DNA from: Thermoproteus tenax Kra 1
Lineage (GTDB): Archaea; Thermoproteota; Thermoprotei; Thermoproteales; Thermoproteaceae
Assembly: GCF_000253055.1 (NCBI RefSeq)
Contig: NC_016070.1
Location: forward strand, 1,650,001-1,682,000
DNA: 32,000 nt
Direction: 5' to 3'
A model generated the notes under the pieces. It worked only from the letters and a program-made list of their open reading frames with translations. It was not told the origin of the DNA and searched no databases. A program made the translations under genes and the position numbers. Below, piece by piece: positions 9,593-17,821 of the stretch (within the stretch, counting starts at the first letter, position 1; the number at the start of each line of letters is the position of its first letter).

Positions 9593-10414
9593 CTAGAGGC
9601 ATTGGACGTAGCCTCCATCGATCGAGATAAGGGATCCGGTGATGTAGCTTGCTCTATCGGACGCAAGAAACGCAACTAGCTCCCCCACCTCCTCAGGCTT
9701 CGCCATTCGACCTAATGGTATCTCTTGGGACATTGCTCTCAGGATCTCCTCGATCGGTTTTCCCTCCTTGGCCGCTCTATCTTTAGCCAACTCTAGTACT
9801 CTCTCGGTCTCCACATAGCCCTGCAACACGCCGTTTACTAATATATTGTACGGCGCTAACTGATAAGCCAACGTTTTGACGAGGCCTGCCAGAGATAGTC
9901 TGACGACATTCGAGAGGGTCAGATTAGGGAGAGGCCTCTTCAAAGTCAGCGACGTGATATAGATTAGTCTCCCTTGCCTCCTCTGAATCATATGGTTCAA
10001 TACGTCTCTGGTGAGCCACACAGCGCTCAATAACAAGAGCTTGACCGCATAGTCCCAATCGGCCTCGGTCAGCTCTAGGAAGGCGCCCGGCTTTGGAGGG
10101 CCTGTGTTATAAACCAGTATATCGATCCTCCCGAAGCTCTCTAGCGCCGACTTAGTTATAGAGGCGACCTCCTCCCTTTTAGTCAAATCTGCCTTCACGG
10201 CTACTACCTCAGCCCCGTACTCGGACTTTATCTCGTCTGCGGTCTTAGTCAGTCTCTCGAAGTCTCTCGAGGCGATGACCAAGCTGGCACCCTCGCGGGC
10301 TAGAACTTTAGCTACGCCCTTGCCGATCCCTCTGCTGGCCGCAGTGACTATGGCGACCCTTCCCTTGAGCATGCTACTTGATCTCAATGAATATATATTT
10401 CCTACACACTTCAC
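9593..10414 (-). CDS. Short-chain dehydrogenase/reductase, FabG-like (likely true start at about 10372)
   Basis: GRVAIVTAASRGIGKGVAKVLAREGA, NTGPPKPG, and C-terminal FLASDRASYITGSLISIDGGY. The catalytic Tyr region is atypical (YITSLTLKRPLPNLTLSNVVR, no clear YxxxK). Confidence 0.9.
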   Translation of the reverse strand: MKCVGNIYSLRSSSMLKGRVAIVTAASRGIGKGVAKVLAREGASLVIASRDFERLTKTADEIKSEYGAEVVAVKADLTKREEVASITKSALESFGRIDILVYNTGPPKPGAFLELTEADWDYAVKLLLLSAVWLTRDVLNHMIQRRQGRLIYITSLTLKRPLPNLTLSNVVRLSLAGLVKTLAYQLAPYNILVNGVLQGYVETERVLELAKDRAAKEGKPIEEILRAMSQEIPLGRMAKPEEVGELVAFLASDRASYITGSLISIDGGYVQCL

Positions 10415-11303
10415 GAATGGGGCATGAGTCGCACATCAGCTTGGAGCAATAGTTCCGGCCTACGAAGTATGCGCCTTTTTCATAATTGAGGGGATCTCCG
10501 CTGAGATACGCCGTCGATCTCACGAGGCCTCTGATAGATCTGAGGCGCACTTTGACCTTCTCGTAACGGCCCTCTCTATCCATTCGAAGGAGCTCTCTGG
10601 CGATCCTCTGTTTAAGCCTCTGGCTGGGAAGCGTGTCGATGTCCTCAAAGGCGCCGCTCCTCAGAGTCACAAGCGATGTGTATATGTCGCCGTGTACCTT
10701 GTATTTTCTAAGCTCTCTATCGTTGTAGGCTATTGTATAAGCCAATGGGATGTTGTTTCTATCTATGAAGATCCTCATAAAGGCCTTAACTCCTCTGTCT
10801 GCAGAGGGACCTCCCAGCCCGTCAAACAATATCCTCCTTATATCATTCTCAAATCTATCGATTTTTTTCTGTTTTAAAATCCAGATATAAATATTATTCC
10901 TGTTTAAATTTTCTAAAATATTTAAAACTTTATTTGTATAATTTTCAATGTTCTTTTTATCTAAATAATCAATTAAACTATATATTATATTTCTAATAGA
11001 TGATGCTGAAAATTTATTTATTTTTATAAAATTTTCAGAGTATATTTTTATTAAATTATCTATATTTCCTCTGCTGAAGGCCAGAAGAAATGATATTATT
11101 GCAAAATAATATATTAATCTATCTATTTGTTTTATATTTAACAAATTATTCTTAATAGTATTAATATCAGAATTTTTATATGTCTCTATTATTGATTTCA
11201 CTTGATCTGCAGTATATTTCAGTTCTCTCGGTAGGGTTGATATTAGGTTATCCTCTACGCCTCTGCCGGCCTTAAGCAACGCCTCTCTGACCGCTTGAGC
11301 CAC
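10374..11303 (-). CDS. Hypothetical protein with C-terminal Cx4Cx2Cx5C cluster (possible [4Fe-4S] domain, HhH-GPD glycosylase-like). The track ORF extends to 11597 but that part is antisense to cdd
   Basis: C-terminus NYCSKLMCDSCPIREVCRKY. A GTG start near 11303 (VAQAVREALLKAGRG) removes the 5' section that overlaps cdd. Confidence 0.6.
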   Translation of the reverse strand: MAQAVREALLKAGRGVEDNLISTLPRELKYTADQVKSIIETYKNSDINTIKNNLLNIKQIDRLIYYFAIISFLLAFSRGNIDNLIKIYSENFIKINKFSASSIRNIIYSLIDYLDKKNIENYTNKVLNILENLNRNNIYIWILKQKKIDRFENDIRRILFDGLGGPSADRGVKAFMRIFIDRNNIPLAYTIAYNDRELRKYKVHGDIYTSLVTLRSGAFEDIDTLPSQRLKQRIARELLRMDREGRYEKVKVRLRSIRGLVRSTAYLSGDPLNYEKGAYFVGRNYCSKLMCDSCPIREVCRKYIFIEIK

Positions 11304-11330
11304 TGAAAGCTTTATTCCCCTTATATTTTT

Positions 11331-11723
11331 ATGGAGGACTTGATCGCGAAGGCCCGCGACGCTCTGAAGAACGCCTATGCTCCATACTCCAACTTCCGCG
11401 TGGGCGCAGCGGTACTCACAAAAAGCGGGAGAATATACACGGGGGCCAACGTCGAGAACGCAAGCTATGGGCTCACAATGTGCGCAGAGAGAGTCGCCGT
11501 CTTTAAGGCTGTAACCGAGGGGGACAGGGACATTGAGGCCGTAGCTATAGTGAGCGATGCGGGAGAGCTCGTGCCGCCCTGTGGGGCCTGCAGACAAGTC
11601 ATAGCCGAGTTTAACCCAAACGCTCTGATAATAATGGCCACAGCCGACGGCTCAAAGAGGCTTGTAGTGCGCCTGAGAGACCTCCTGCCTATGTCGTTCA
11701 GTAGAGAGCTCTTAAAGAGATAG
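11331..11723 (+). CDS. cdd: Cytidine deaminase
   Basis: NAYAPYSNFRVGAAV, ENASYGLTMCAERVA, VPPCGACRQVIAEF motifs. Confidence 0.96.
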   Translation: MEDLIAKARDALKNAYAPYSNFRVGAAVLTKSGRIYTGANVENASYGLTMCAERVAVFKAVTEGDRDIEAVAIVSDAGELVPPCGACRQVIAEFNPNALIIMATADGSKRLVVRLRDLLPMSFSRELLKR

Positions 11724-12454
11724 CTCAACGTAGGTGTCAGGGTATTGGCCTCTCTCGTCTTTCTCGTACTTCTTGACCATATCCCATATAGTCAACAGGG
11801 CTGTGCCGACTGAGAACAACGCCTCTAAACTGGGCGATGCGTCGCGAGCCTTCAAGACGGCCTCTATGTAGACGCCGTCTGAGACAAACTCTATTCTGCT
11901 GTTTGCGTACTCAAGCTTGAGACATTCGACAGGCAACAGCTCGCACAGCCTCTTGGCACTAAGCGGCACGACAATCTTGGCCGCGCATATGGGATCGCCT
12001 TTCTCGACCCGGCCTGCTTTATAATATCGATAGACTTCAAGTGTATATATCCGCTGGCCCTAGCTATATAGCCCACCTCGGGCCTTGTTATGCTTGAGAC
12101 CTCAACTGCGGCGCCCTCGTCTAGCTTCACGTCAGTGCCCTTGACCTTAAGCGTGACGAACAGCCTCTTAATCTCGGTAGAGCCAGACGCTATGGCTCCT
12201 ACAAGCGCGCCGAACAAAGCGTCCATCTCGACGCCTGTCTTCCACCGAGTCCAAGCCTCTGCTCTTATCTCTCCGGCGTTGCAATGCGCGGCGGCCTGTA
12301 GGGGGATCGGGTGCAATAACGGAATGTATCTATACGCGTTTTTGACGGCCTTGACAGCCGCTTGAACACAGACGTCCGGGCGGTCTGTTGAAGACAGAGC
12401 GATGGCCTCTGCGTATCTTCCTATGTCCTCTTTCGACGAGATGTCAACCATCAT
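11712..12454 (-). CDS. moaC: MoaC-like protein made of two tandem MoaC-type repeats, split between two frames by an apparent -1 frame change at about 12005-12016
   Basis: The first frame (11891..12454) has MVDIS.K, IPLLHPIPL and TGVEMDAL, then GYIHLKSIDIIKQ. The second frame continues GRVEKGDPICAAKIVVPLSAKRLCELLPVE...LLTIWDMVKKYEK. Confidence 0.75.
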
Positions 12455-12530
12455 CTACTCCATCTACGATTTTGTGAATTAAACCTTAGACGCCAAGAGA
12501 CAACATAAATATCAGAGGCTCATCCTTGTC

Positions 12531-12950
12531 GTGCCCGATGACGTCAAAATAAAATACAGAATTTGGGTCGAATGGGGCACTAACCAGATCATAGGGCCCG
12601 GCATTTATGATATACTAAAGGCTATAGAGGAGACCGGCTCTATAGCCTCCGCCGCGAGAAAACTTGGTTTTTCATATAAATTCATATGGACTTATTTAAA
12701 GAAGCTAGAGGATATACTACAAGTTCCATTAGTTCAATCAAAGAGAGGTGGAAAGGAGCGGGGGAAGACTGAATTGACAGAAATTGGACAAATTTTGTTA
12801 AAATACTACGAGGATATGAATAAGGAAATCAATACGATACTGCCAGCGTGGGAAAGTAAGTTTAAAGAAGTACTAAATTCGCTGGATAAATATAGAGTTC
12901 AGGAGGCTGAGACGGGCGAGGAGGAGTTGCCCTTCTACAGCGAAGAATAG
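12531..12950 (+). CDS. ModE-like winged-helix transcriptional regulator
   Basis: GPGIYDILKAIEETGSIASAARKLGFSYKFIWTYLKKLEDILQVPLVQSKRGGKERGKTELTEIGQILLKYYEDM is the ModE/LysR-type HTH pattern. The gene is flanked by moa genes. Confidence 0.8.
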   Translation: MPDDVKIKYRIWVEWGTNQIIGPGIYDILKAIEETGSIASAARKLGFSYKFIWTYLKKLEDILQVPLVQSKRGGKERGKTELTEIGQILLKYYEDMNKEINTILPAWESKFKEVLNSLDKYRVQEAETGEEELPFYSEE

Positions 12951-13873
12951 CTAAGTTTAAAGGTCGGCTCTCTCAGGTAGACGACTCTAGCGACTTCCCT
13001 GATGAGCGCCTCTGCGTTCCTCTCCTTTATCGGCCTATACAGGTCTGCGGCGGGCTCCCTATATAGGCATGGCTTGAGCTTGCCGTCGCTAGTGAGTCTC
13101 ATAGTTGTACAGCCTGCACAGAAGTATGGGTTGTTCCAATTTTTCACTATCTCCACCTTGACTCCTCCCACATAGAACACCGGGCGATTGTGGAGGTCCT
13201 TCCTCGTATACATAGGTCTGGCCCCCATATTGAGCAAGTGCGCTATCATGTTCTCGGCCGGCGAGTACAGCTCGTTGAAGATCTTTGCTCCGGAGCCTAC
13301 GGGCATGAGCTCTATCAACTGCAACGATGCTCCGACCGAGGACGCTAGCTTTACGAGCGACTTTAGGGAGGAGCCATCGTCGTTTATGCCCCTCAATATG
13401 ACGGCGTTTATCTTGATGTCTATGCCAGCCTGATGCGCAACGTCTATGCCCTCAAGAACTCTCTTGTACCACCCCCTCGGCGTATTGGTGACTTTCGAGA
13501 ATTTGTCGGGATCCGCAACGTGGAGAGATACGTTGGCCCTATCAAGGCCGGCCGAGGCCAGCTCTCTCGCCAACTCGGCTAACCTGAAGCCGTTCGTGGT
13601 CATCGATATCTTCACAGAGCCTCTCTTCATCCTCCTCACAATGTCCACTATATCGGCCCTCAGCAGCGGCTCACCGCCTGTCAGTTTGAAGTCATATACG
13701 CCTATCTTGGCAAGCGTTTCGGCCAAGAATCCGTAGTCGTCAGCGTTCAACTTCGGCCCTACAACTCTCGGCTGTCCCTCGAAGTGACAGAAAATACATG
13801 AGAAATTACATACGTCGTTTACAACTATCCTCAGCTTCAGGAAAGGTCTGCCGAATTTATCAAGTAGTACCAC
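12935..13873 (-). CDS. moaA: GTP 3',8-cyclase (radical SAM)
   Basis: RIVVNDVCNFSCIFCHFEG, FKLTGGEPLLR, SMTTNGF, C-terminal FCAGCTTMRLTSDGKLKPCLY. Confidence 0.95.
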   Translation of the reverse strand: MVLLDKFGRPFLKLRIVVNDVCNFSCIFCHFEGQPRVVGPKLNADDYGFLAETLAKIGVYDFKLTGGEPLLRADIVDIVRRMKRGSVKISMTTNGFRLAELARELASAGLDRANVSLHVADPDKFSKVTNTPRGWYKRVLEGIDVAHQAGIDIKINAVILRGINDDGSSLKSLVKLASSVGASLQLIELMPVGSGAKIFNELYSPAENMIAHLLNMGARPMYTRKDLHNRPVFYVGGVKVEIVKNWNNPYFCAGCTTMRLTSDGKLKPCLYREPAADLYRPIKERNAEALIREVARVVYLREPTFKLSYSSL

Positions 13874-14057
13874 TGAGATATTCTCGTTTTAGATTAATAT
13901 CGATTCGGCGGTTTCATCGAGGGCCACACGGTAGCAAATATTCCTTATGGGCGATTATGTAAACTATACGTATACTTGACTCAGAAGATTGTTTAAACGC
14001 AGGAAGGCTACAGCAATCTTAGCCCAGATCACAGGAGATATGAACGGCGAGGAATAC

Positions 14058-14066
14058 CATATAAAA
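14058..14066 (+). promoter_or_regulatory. TATA-box-like element of the kinase gene
   Basis: CATATAAAA lies about 25 nt upstream of the ATG at 14087. Confidence 0.55.
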
Positions 14067-14086
14067 CGGCCGAGAGATAGAGTCGG

Positions 14087-15583
14087 ATGCTCCTGGCGGT
14101 TCTGCCTTTAGCGTATCAGACTAGGAAGATAGTACGAAGCCACGAGCTCCTAGTGTACTCCCTTTTCGGTTTAATATTTATTCAAAGCATTTTTATAAAG
14201 AACTATATTGAAGAATCTATATATACAGCAATTATTTCTATTATTCTAATAAGAATATTAATTGATAGATCAAAAAATATTACTAGAATTTTATTATATG
14301 GAATCTACATCTTTAAGCTGTACTATGATACTAGCCTATTCCTAGAAGGTCAATATGTCATCTATAACGTCATAATTGATATATTAATAATTATTTTATC
14401 AATATTATCTATAGAATTATATTCACAAATTTATTATAAAATTAATAATATAAATGATATTGTTATTCCCTCGCTTTTTGCGTTATTAGTCCAGACGCCG
14501 TACGCAATAGCGTTGCCTGCGCTCCAGGGACTCTTCTTCGCGGTGTTCAACATATCTCTTATCTACTCTCCATTAATACTATTGTCACTTATATTAAATT
14601 ATTTTATAAATTTTTACATTTTCAATATAAGTAATTTTAATTTGTTATTTATATGGATCGATTTTCTCCTTTTTTTGATAACATATTTCTCCTTCCACCG
14701 CAGATTGTCCTTCAGGAGCTCGGCGCCTCCCATAGGATGGCTCAACTCGTGGTTGGCCGGCAAATACTATGTGAACGACGTCATAGGCGTTGGCGGATTT
14801 AGCTACGTGTTAAGAGTCTCGACGGGCAGAGAGGTTATGGCTCTGAAGGTGTTGAGATATACTGACGACAGAGGAATGCCGTTGGCCTCGAGTTGGGACG
14901 TGATAAGGATCTTCGGGCAAGAGATGAACCGCTATCTGCAAGTTTCATCAGACTATGTAGTGAGGGCGTACGAGGTGTCGATACCATCAAGCGAGTATAA
15001 GTCTATGGGCGAGTACATGAAAAATCCGCCCTACATGGTACTGGAGTACATGGCCGGGGGCTCGTTGAGAGAGTATTTAACGGAGAGAGGTCCCCTATCA
15101 CTCAATGAATTTATAAATATATTTATACAAATATCAAAAGGATTATACGATATACATAAAAATAATTTAGTTCATTTAGATATTAAACCAGAAAATATAA
15201 TGTTTAAAGACATAGAGAGAAAACACGTAAAGATAGGCGACCTAGGCATAGCCAAGTTGGCCGTGGGCAAGATGGTGTCAGCCTCCTATCTATCGCCTGC
15301 CTACGCGGCGCCCGAGGTTTTGAAGAGCCAGTTGGGCTCCAAGGAGTCAGACATATACTCTCTGGGTTGTGTCATGTACGAGAGTCTGACAGGCATAAAT
15401 CCACAGTCGTTCGTTTTAAACAACTACGAGGTGCCGCCGCCCGATAGATACAGGCCCGACATCCCGGCCTGGCTCTCGAGCCTTATAATGTCCATGTTAT
15501 CGCCTGTGCCTGAGATGAGGCCGACTATTGAGCAGGTGTTAAACTCTCTCGAGAATGGCGTGCAGACGATATGGCCCCGTTAA
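14087..15583 (+). CDS. Membrane-anchored eukaryotic-type Ser/Thr protein kinase (N-terminal multi-TM region, C-terminal kinase domain)
   Basis: VIGVGGFSYVLRV...MALKVLR...VHLDIKPENIMF...IGDLGIA...SPAYAAPEVL...SDIYSLGCVMYE...RPTIEQVL. Hydrophobic helices occupy the first ~210 aa. Confidence 0.93.
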   Translation: MLLAVLPLAYQTRKIVRSHELLVYSLFGLIFIQSIFIKNYIEESIYTAIISIILIRILIDRSKNITRILLYGIYIFKLYYDTSLFLEGQYVIYNVIIDILIIILSILSIELYSQIYYKINNINDIVIPSLFALLVQTPYAIALPALQGLFFAVFNISLIYSPLILLSLILNYFINFYIFNISNFNLLFIWIDFLLFLITYFSFHRRLSFRSSAPPIGWLNSWLAGKYYVNDVIGVGGFSYVLRVSTGREVMALKVLRYTDDRGMPLASSWDVIRIFGQEMNRYLQVSSDYVVRAYEVSIPSSEYKSMGEYMKNPPYMVLEYMAGGSLREYLTERGPLSLNEFINIFIQISKGLYDIHKNNLVHLDIKPENIMFKDIERKHVKIGDLGIAKLAVGKMVSASYLSPAYAAPEVLKSQLGSKESDIYSLGCVMYESLTGINPQSFVLNNYEVPPPDRYRPDIPAWLSSLIMSMLSPVPEMRPTIEQVLNSLENGVQTIWPR

Positions 15584-15724
15584 TCTGACCAGTTCTTCGG
15601 AGAGTCGATTTCAAGTTTTCTCGGCAGGTCTGGTAGGTGCCGACCTGAAACCGCCAACCCTACAGGGTTAAGAGTTCTTCTCCAAAATGATATTCCCATC
15701 CCTCAACCATATTTTAATAACGAG

Positions 15725-15758
15725 CTCCGGTCCCGGGGCCCGGCGAAATGGGCGCAAG
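15725..15758 (+). repeat. 34-bp GC-rich repeat, copy 2
   Basis: CTCCGGTCCCGGGGCCCGGCGAAATGGGCGCAAG is 33/34 identical to 5831-5864. Confidence 0.85.
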
Positions 15759-15773
15759 ACTTAACGAAAACGT

Positions 15774-16317
15774 ATGACTCTCTCCCCGCCTAGGTGGGGT
15801 CTCCACCGTTGCGACCTCGCCCGTTGCCCCCTTCGTGGTTAATCCGCTCGACATTGGACAACGGGCCTCCATCCTCCCCGGCGCCGGCGCTCTGAGGCCG
15901 ACCCTCGCGGCGTTCAGCGCGGCGTTGAACCTCCTGCGGACGTACAGCCTTGTCCCGTGCTCTGCCGATACCTCCGTCAATCTCCGCACGAGCCCTCTAC
16001 AGCCCCGTACGTCGACCACGTGCTCGCTCTGCCGCCCGTGCGCTACGCCCTCGGGTATCCGGCGTATACCTCAGAGACCCCCCGATTCCCGCAACATCTC
16101 AGCGAGCCCTCTGACCGCTGTATTTCGATAATGACCTCTATCATCCTCCAGAGCGCCTTTAGGTAGAGGCGGTGCCGCCCCGCTCATTGCCGATGCCGCC
16201 CTTCGTTTAAGTTTGCCCCCGCGCGGCGCCCGCCGCGACCCCTCCCTTCCGCTGTCTTCGCCGGCCCCGCCATGAAAGTTATAGATGCTTAAATCCACCC
16301 CCGCCCTGAAGGGCGAG
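15774..16317 (-). mobile_element. Element C: IS200/IS605-type remnant (about 544 bp) on the minus strand
   Basis: Read on the minus strand it begins CCTCGCCCttcaGGGCGGGGGTGGATTTAAGCATCTATAACTTTCATGG, nearly identical to element A over about 50 nt. It ends ATTAACCACGAAGGGGGCAACGGGCGAGGTCGCAACGGTGGAGACCCCACCTAGGCGGGGAGAGAGTCAT. Confidence 0.7.
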
Positions 16318-16350
16318 GCTTGTTATTTGCGATGGCACGGCTCAGATCAT

Positions 16351-16359
16351 TTTATAAAG
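16351..16359 (+). promoter_or_regulatory. TATA-box-like element of the FHA gene
   Basis: TTTATAAAG lies about 25 nt upstream of the ATG at 16380. Confidence 0.55.
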
Positions 16360-16379
16360 TGCATGTAGAATAAGGTACA

Positions 16380-16832
16380 ATGCCGTGGAAGTGCCCTGTA
16401 TGCGGCACTGAGAATCCGGACGAGCTCAACACATGTCGTATCTGCGGCGCCTATAGGCCCACTGCTACTACGGTTAACTTATCGCAAGCCGACGCCAAGA
16501 TATCTGTGGCGTTTGCAGCGCTCTTAGTTGAAGTACTTGACTCGCCTGTGAAAAGCCTCGTGGGCCTAGTTAAAAGGATAGATCTGACCTCCAAAAACGG
16601 CATAGTCACTGTGGGACGCTCGCTTGAGAACGACGTGGTTATATTGGACCCCTCAGTCTCCAGGAGACACCTAAGGGTAATAATAGCCAGAGATGGCCTT
16701 ATAATTGAGGACCTCCAGAGCACTAACGGCACCTACCTCTTGCCCAAAGGCGAGAGGATAAACGTGGCCAAAGTCGGGAGAGAGGCCTTGGTCAAAATCG
16801 GCGAATCGATCTTGAGGTTTATCCTAGAGTAG
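16380..16832 (+). CDS. Zinc-ribbon plus FHA-domain protein
   Basis: CPVCGTENPDELNTCRICG ribbon, then FHA core VTVGRSLENDVVILDPSVSRRHLRV...IIEDLQSTNGTYL. Confidence 0.93.
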   Translation: MPWKCPVCGTENPDELNTCRICGAYRPTATTVNLSQADAKISVAFAALLVEVLDSPVKSLVGLVKRIDLTSKNGIVTVGRSLENDVVILDPSVSRRHLRVIIARDGLIIEDLQSTNGTYLLPKGERINVAKVGREALVKIGESILRFILE

Positions 16833-17699
16833 ATCTAGGGTTCGCGCCAGGGGAATTGCGCCGTCCTCTGTGATCAGAAACGTGTCTTCAAACTGCGACA
16901 CCAGCCCTCCTCCGCCCTCTATCAATACCTCGTAGCCGTAAATCGAGCCATCGCTTAAAGCGTCGCGGTAGAACGACTCAGGTATATCGGGGAACCATCT
17001 AGGTGTAAAGGGCAACATATTAACATTACTATATATTTTATCTATATAATTTTGATGTTTTTTCGATTTCATTCTATTTAGTTTATATATAGTTATTTGT
17101 TTTCCATCAATTACAAGACCTTTACCATTTGTTGCAAACGGCTCAATTGCGTAGACGTCCCCCGGTCTCATTGTTTGAGCGGCGGACTTATCGCCGTAGT
17201 TCGGCACTACATCGCCGGCGTGTAGATTATAGCGCTCGATCCTGTGGCCTGTCAGATTATAAATAGGTTTGTAGCCGAACGACTTTATGACGGACTCAAT
17301 GACGTCTCCTATCTGCCACGCCCTCAGCCCCGGCCTTAACGCCTCAAAGGCCCTCTTGAGCGCGTTGTACGAAGCCCTTATGAGCCCATCGTAGGCGTTT
17401 GTGCCCAACGAGACCGTCACTGCGGCATCGACTATATAGCCATCTATGTGGGCCCCTATATCTATCTTCACCACAGAGCCCTTGGGTATTAAGTTGGGAT
17501 CAGCTCTAGTGGCAGTATAGTGGGCGGCCACAGAGCCTATTCCCACATTAACTGGAAACGCGGGAGTCGCTCCAGCATCTCTAATATACTGTTCCACTTT
17601 TTCGCACAGCTCTAACACTGGCATGTCAGGATGCACTATGTCCATTGCGTACTTAAGCGCCTTGTGTACGATGTCGCCGACGTTGATATACTCCTTCAC
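16824..17699 (-). CDS. map: Methionine aminopeptidase, type 2 / archaeal
   Basis: PAFPVNVGIGSVAAHYTA, VVKIDIGAHIDGYIVDAAVTV, NLTGHRIERYNLHAG, YAIEPFATNGKG. Confidence 0.95.
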   Translation of the reverse strand: MKEYINVGDIVHKALKYAMDIVHPDMPVLELCEKVEQYIRDAGATPAFPVNVGIGSVAAHYTATRADPNLIPKGSVVKIDIGAHIDGYIVDAAVTVSLGTNAYDGLIRASYNALKRAFEALRPGLRAWQIGDVIESVIKSFGYKPIYNLTGHRIERYNLHAGDVVPNYGDKSAAQTMRPGDVYAIEPFATNGKGLVIDGKQITIYKLNRMKSKKHQNYIDKIYSNVNMLPFTPRWFPDIPESFYRDALSDGSIYGYEVLIEGGGGLVSQFEDTFLITEDGAIPLARTLDLL

Positions 17700-17821
17700 A
17701 GCTTCCTGCTATTATTGATATAAAAATTTTATTCCATAATTCTATATTGGTATATTCATTAAAGTAATTATGTAATATTATATATTGTTCTTATTCTAAG
17801 CTATGCCTCAAGATTTTAGGC

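Noticed and set aside
11304-11597. N-terminal extension of the 407-aa ORF with Cys/His-rich segments (CAHCEPIAC, CEYRCAHAE)
   Set aside because: It is antisense to the cytidine deaminase gene, whose conserved codons generate those residues. A downstream GTG near 11303 is a better start.
15714-16298. Two minus-strand ORFs (101 aa and 75 aa) inside element C as novel genes
   Set aside because: Composition is Arg/Gly/Pro-rich and they lie within an element that shares both ends with A and B, so they are better explained as remnant or structured-RNA sequence than as new proteins.
5400-16317. CRISPR array based on repeated CCTCGCCCTTTAGGGCGGGG
   Set aside because: Only three copies, kilobases apart, in mixed orientation, and part of longer conserved elements. 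There is no regular spacer pattern.
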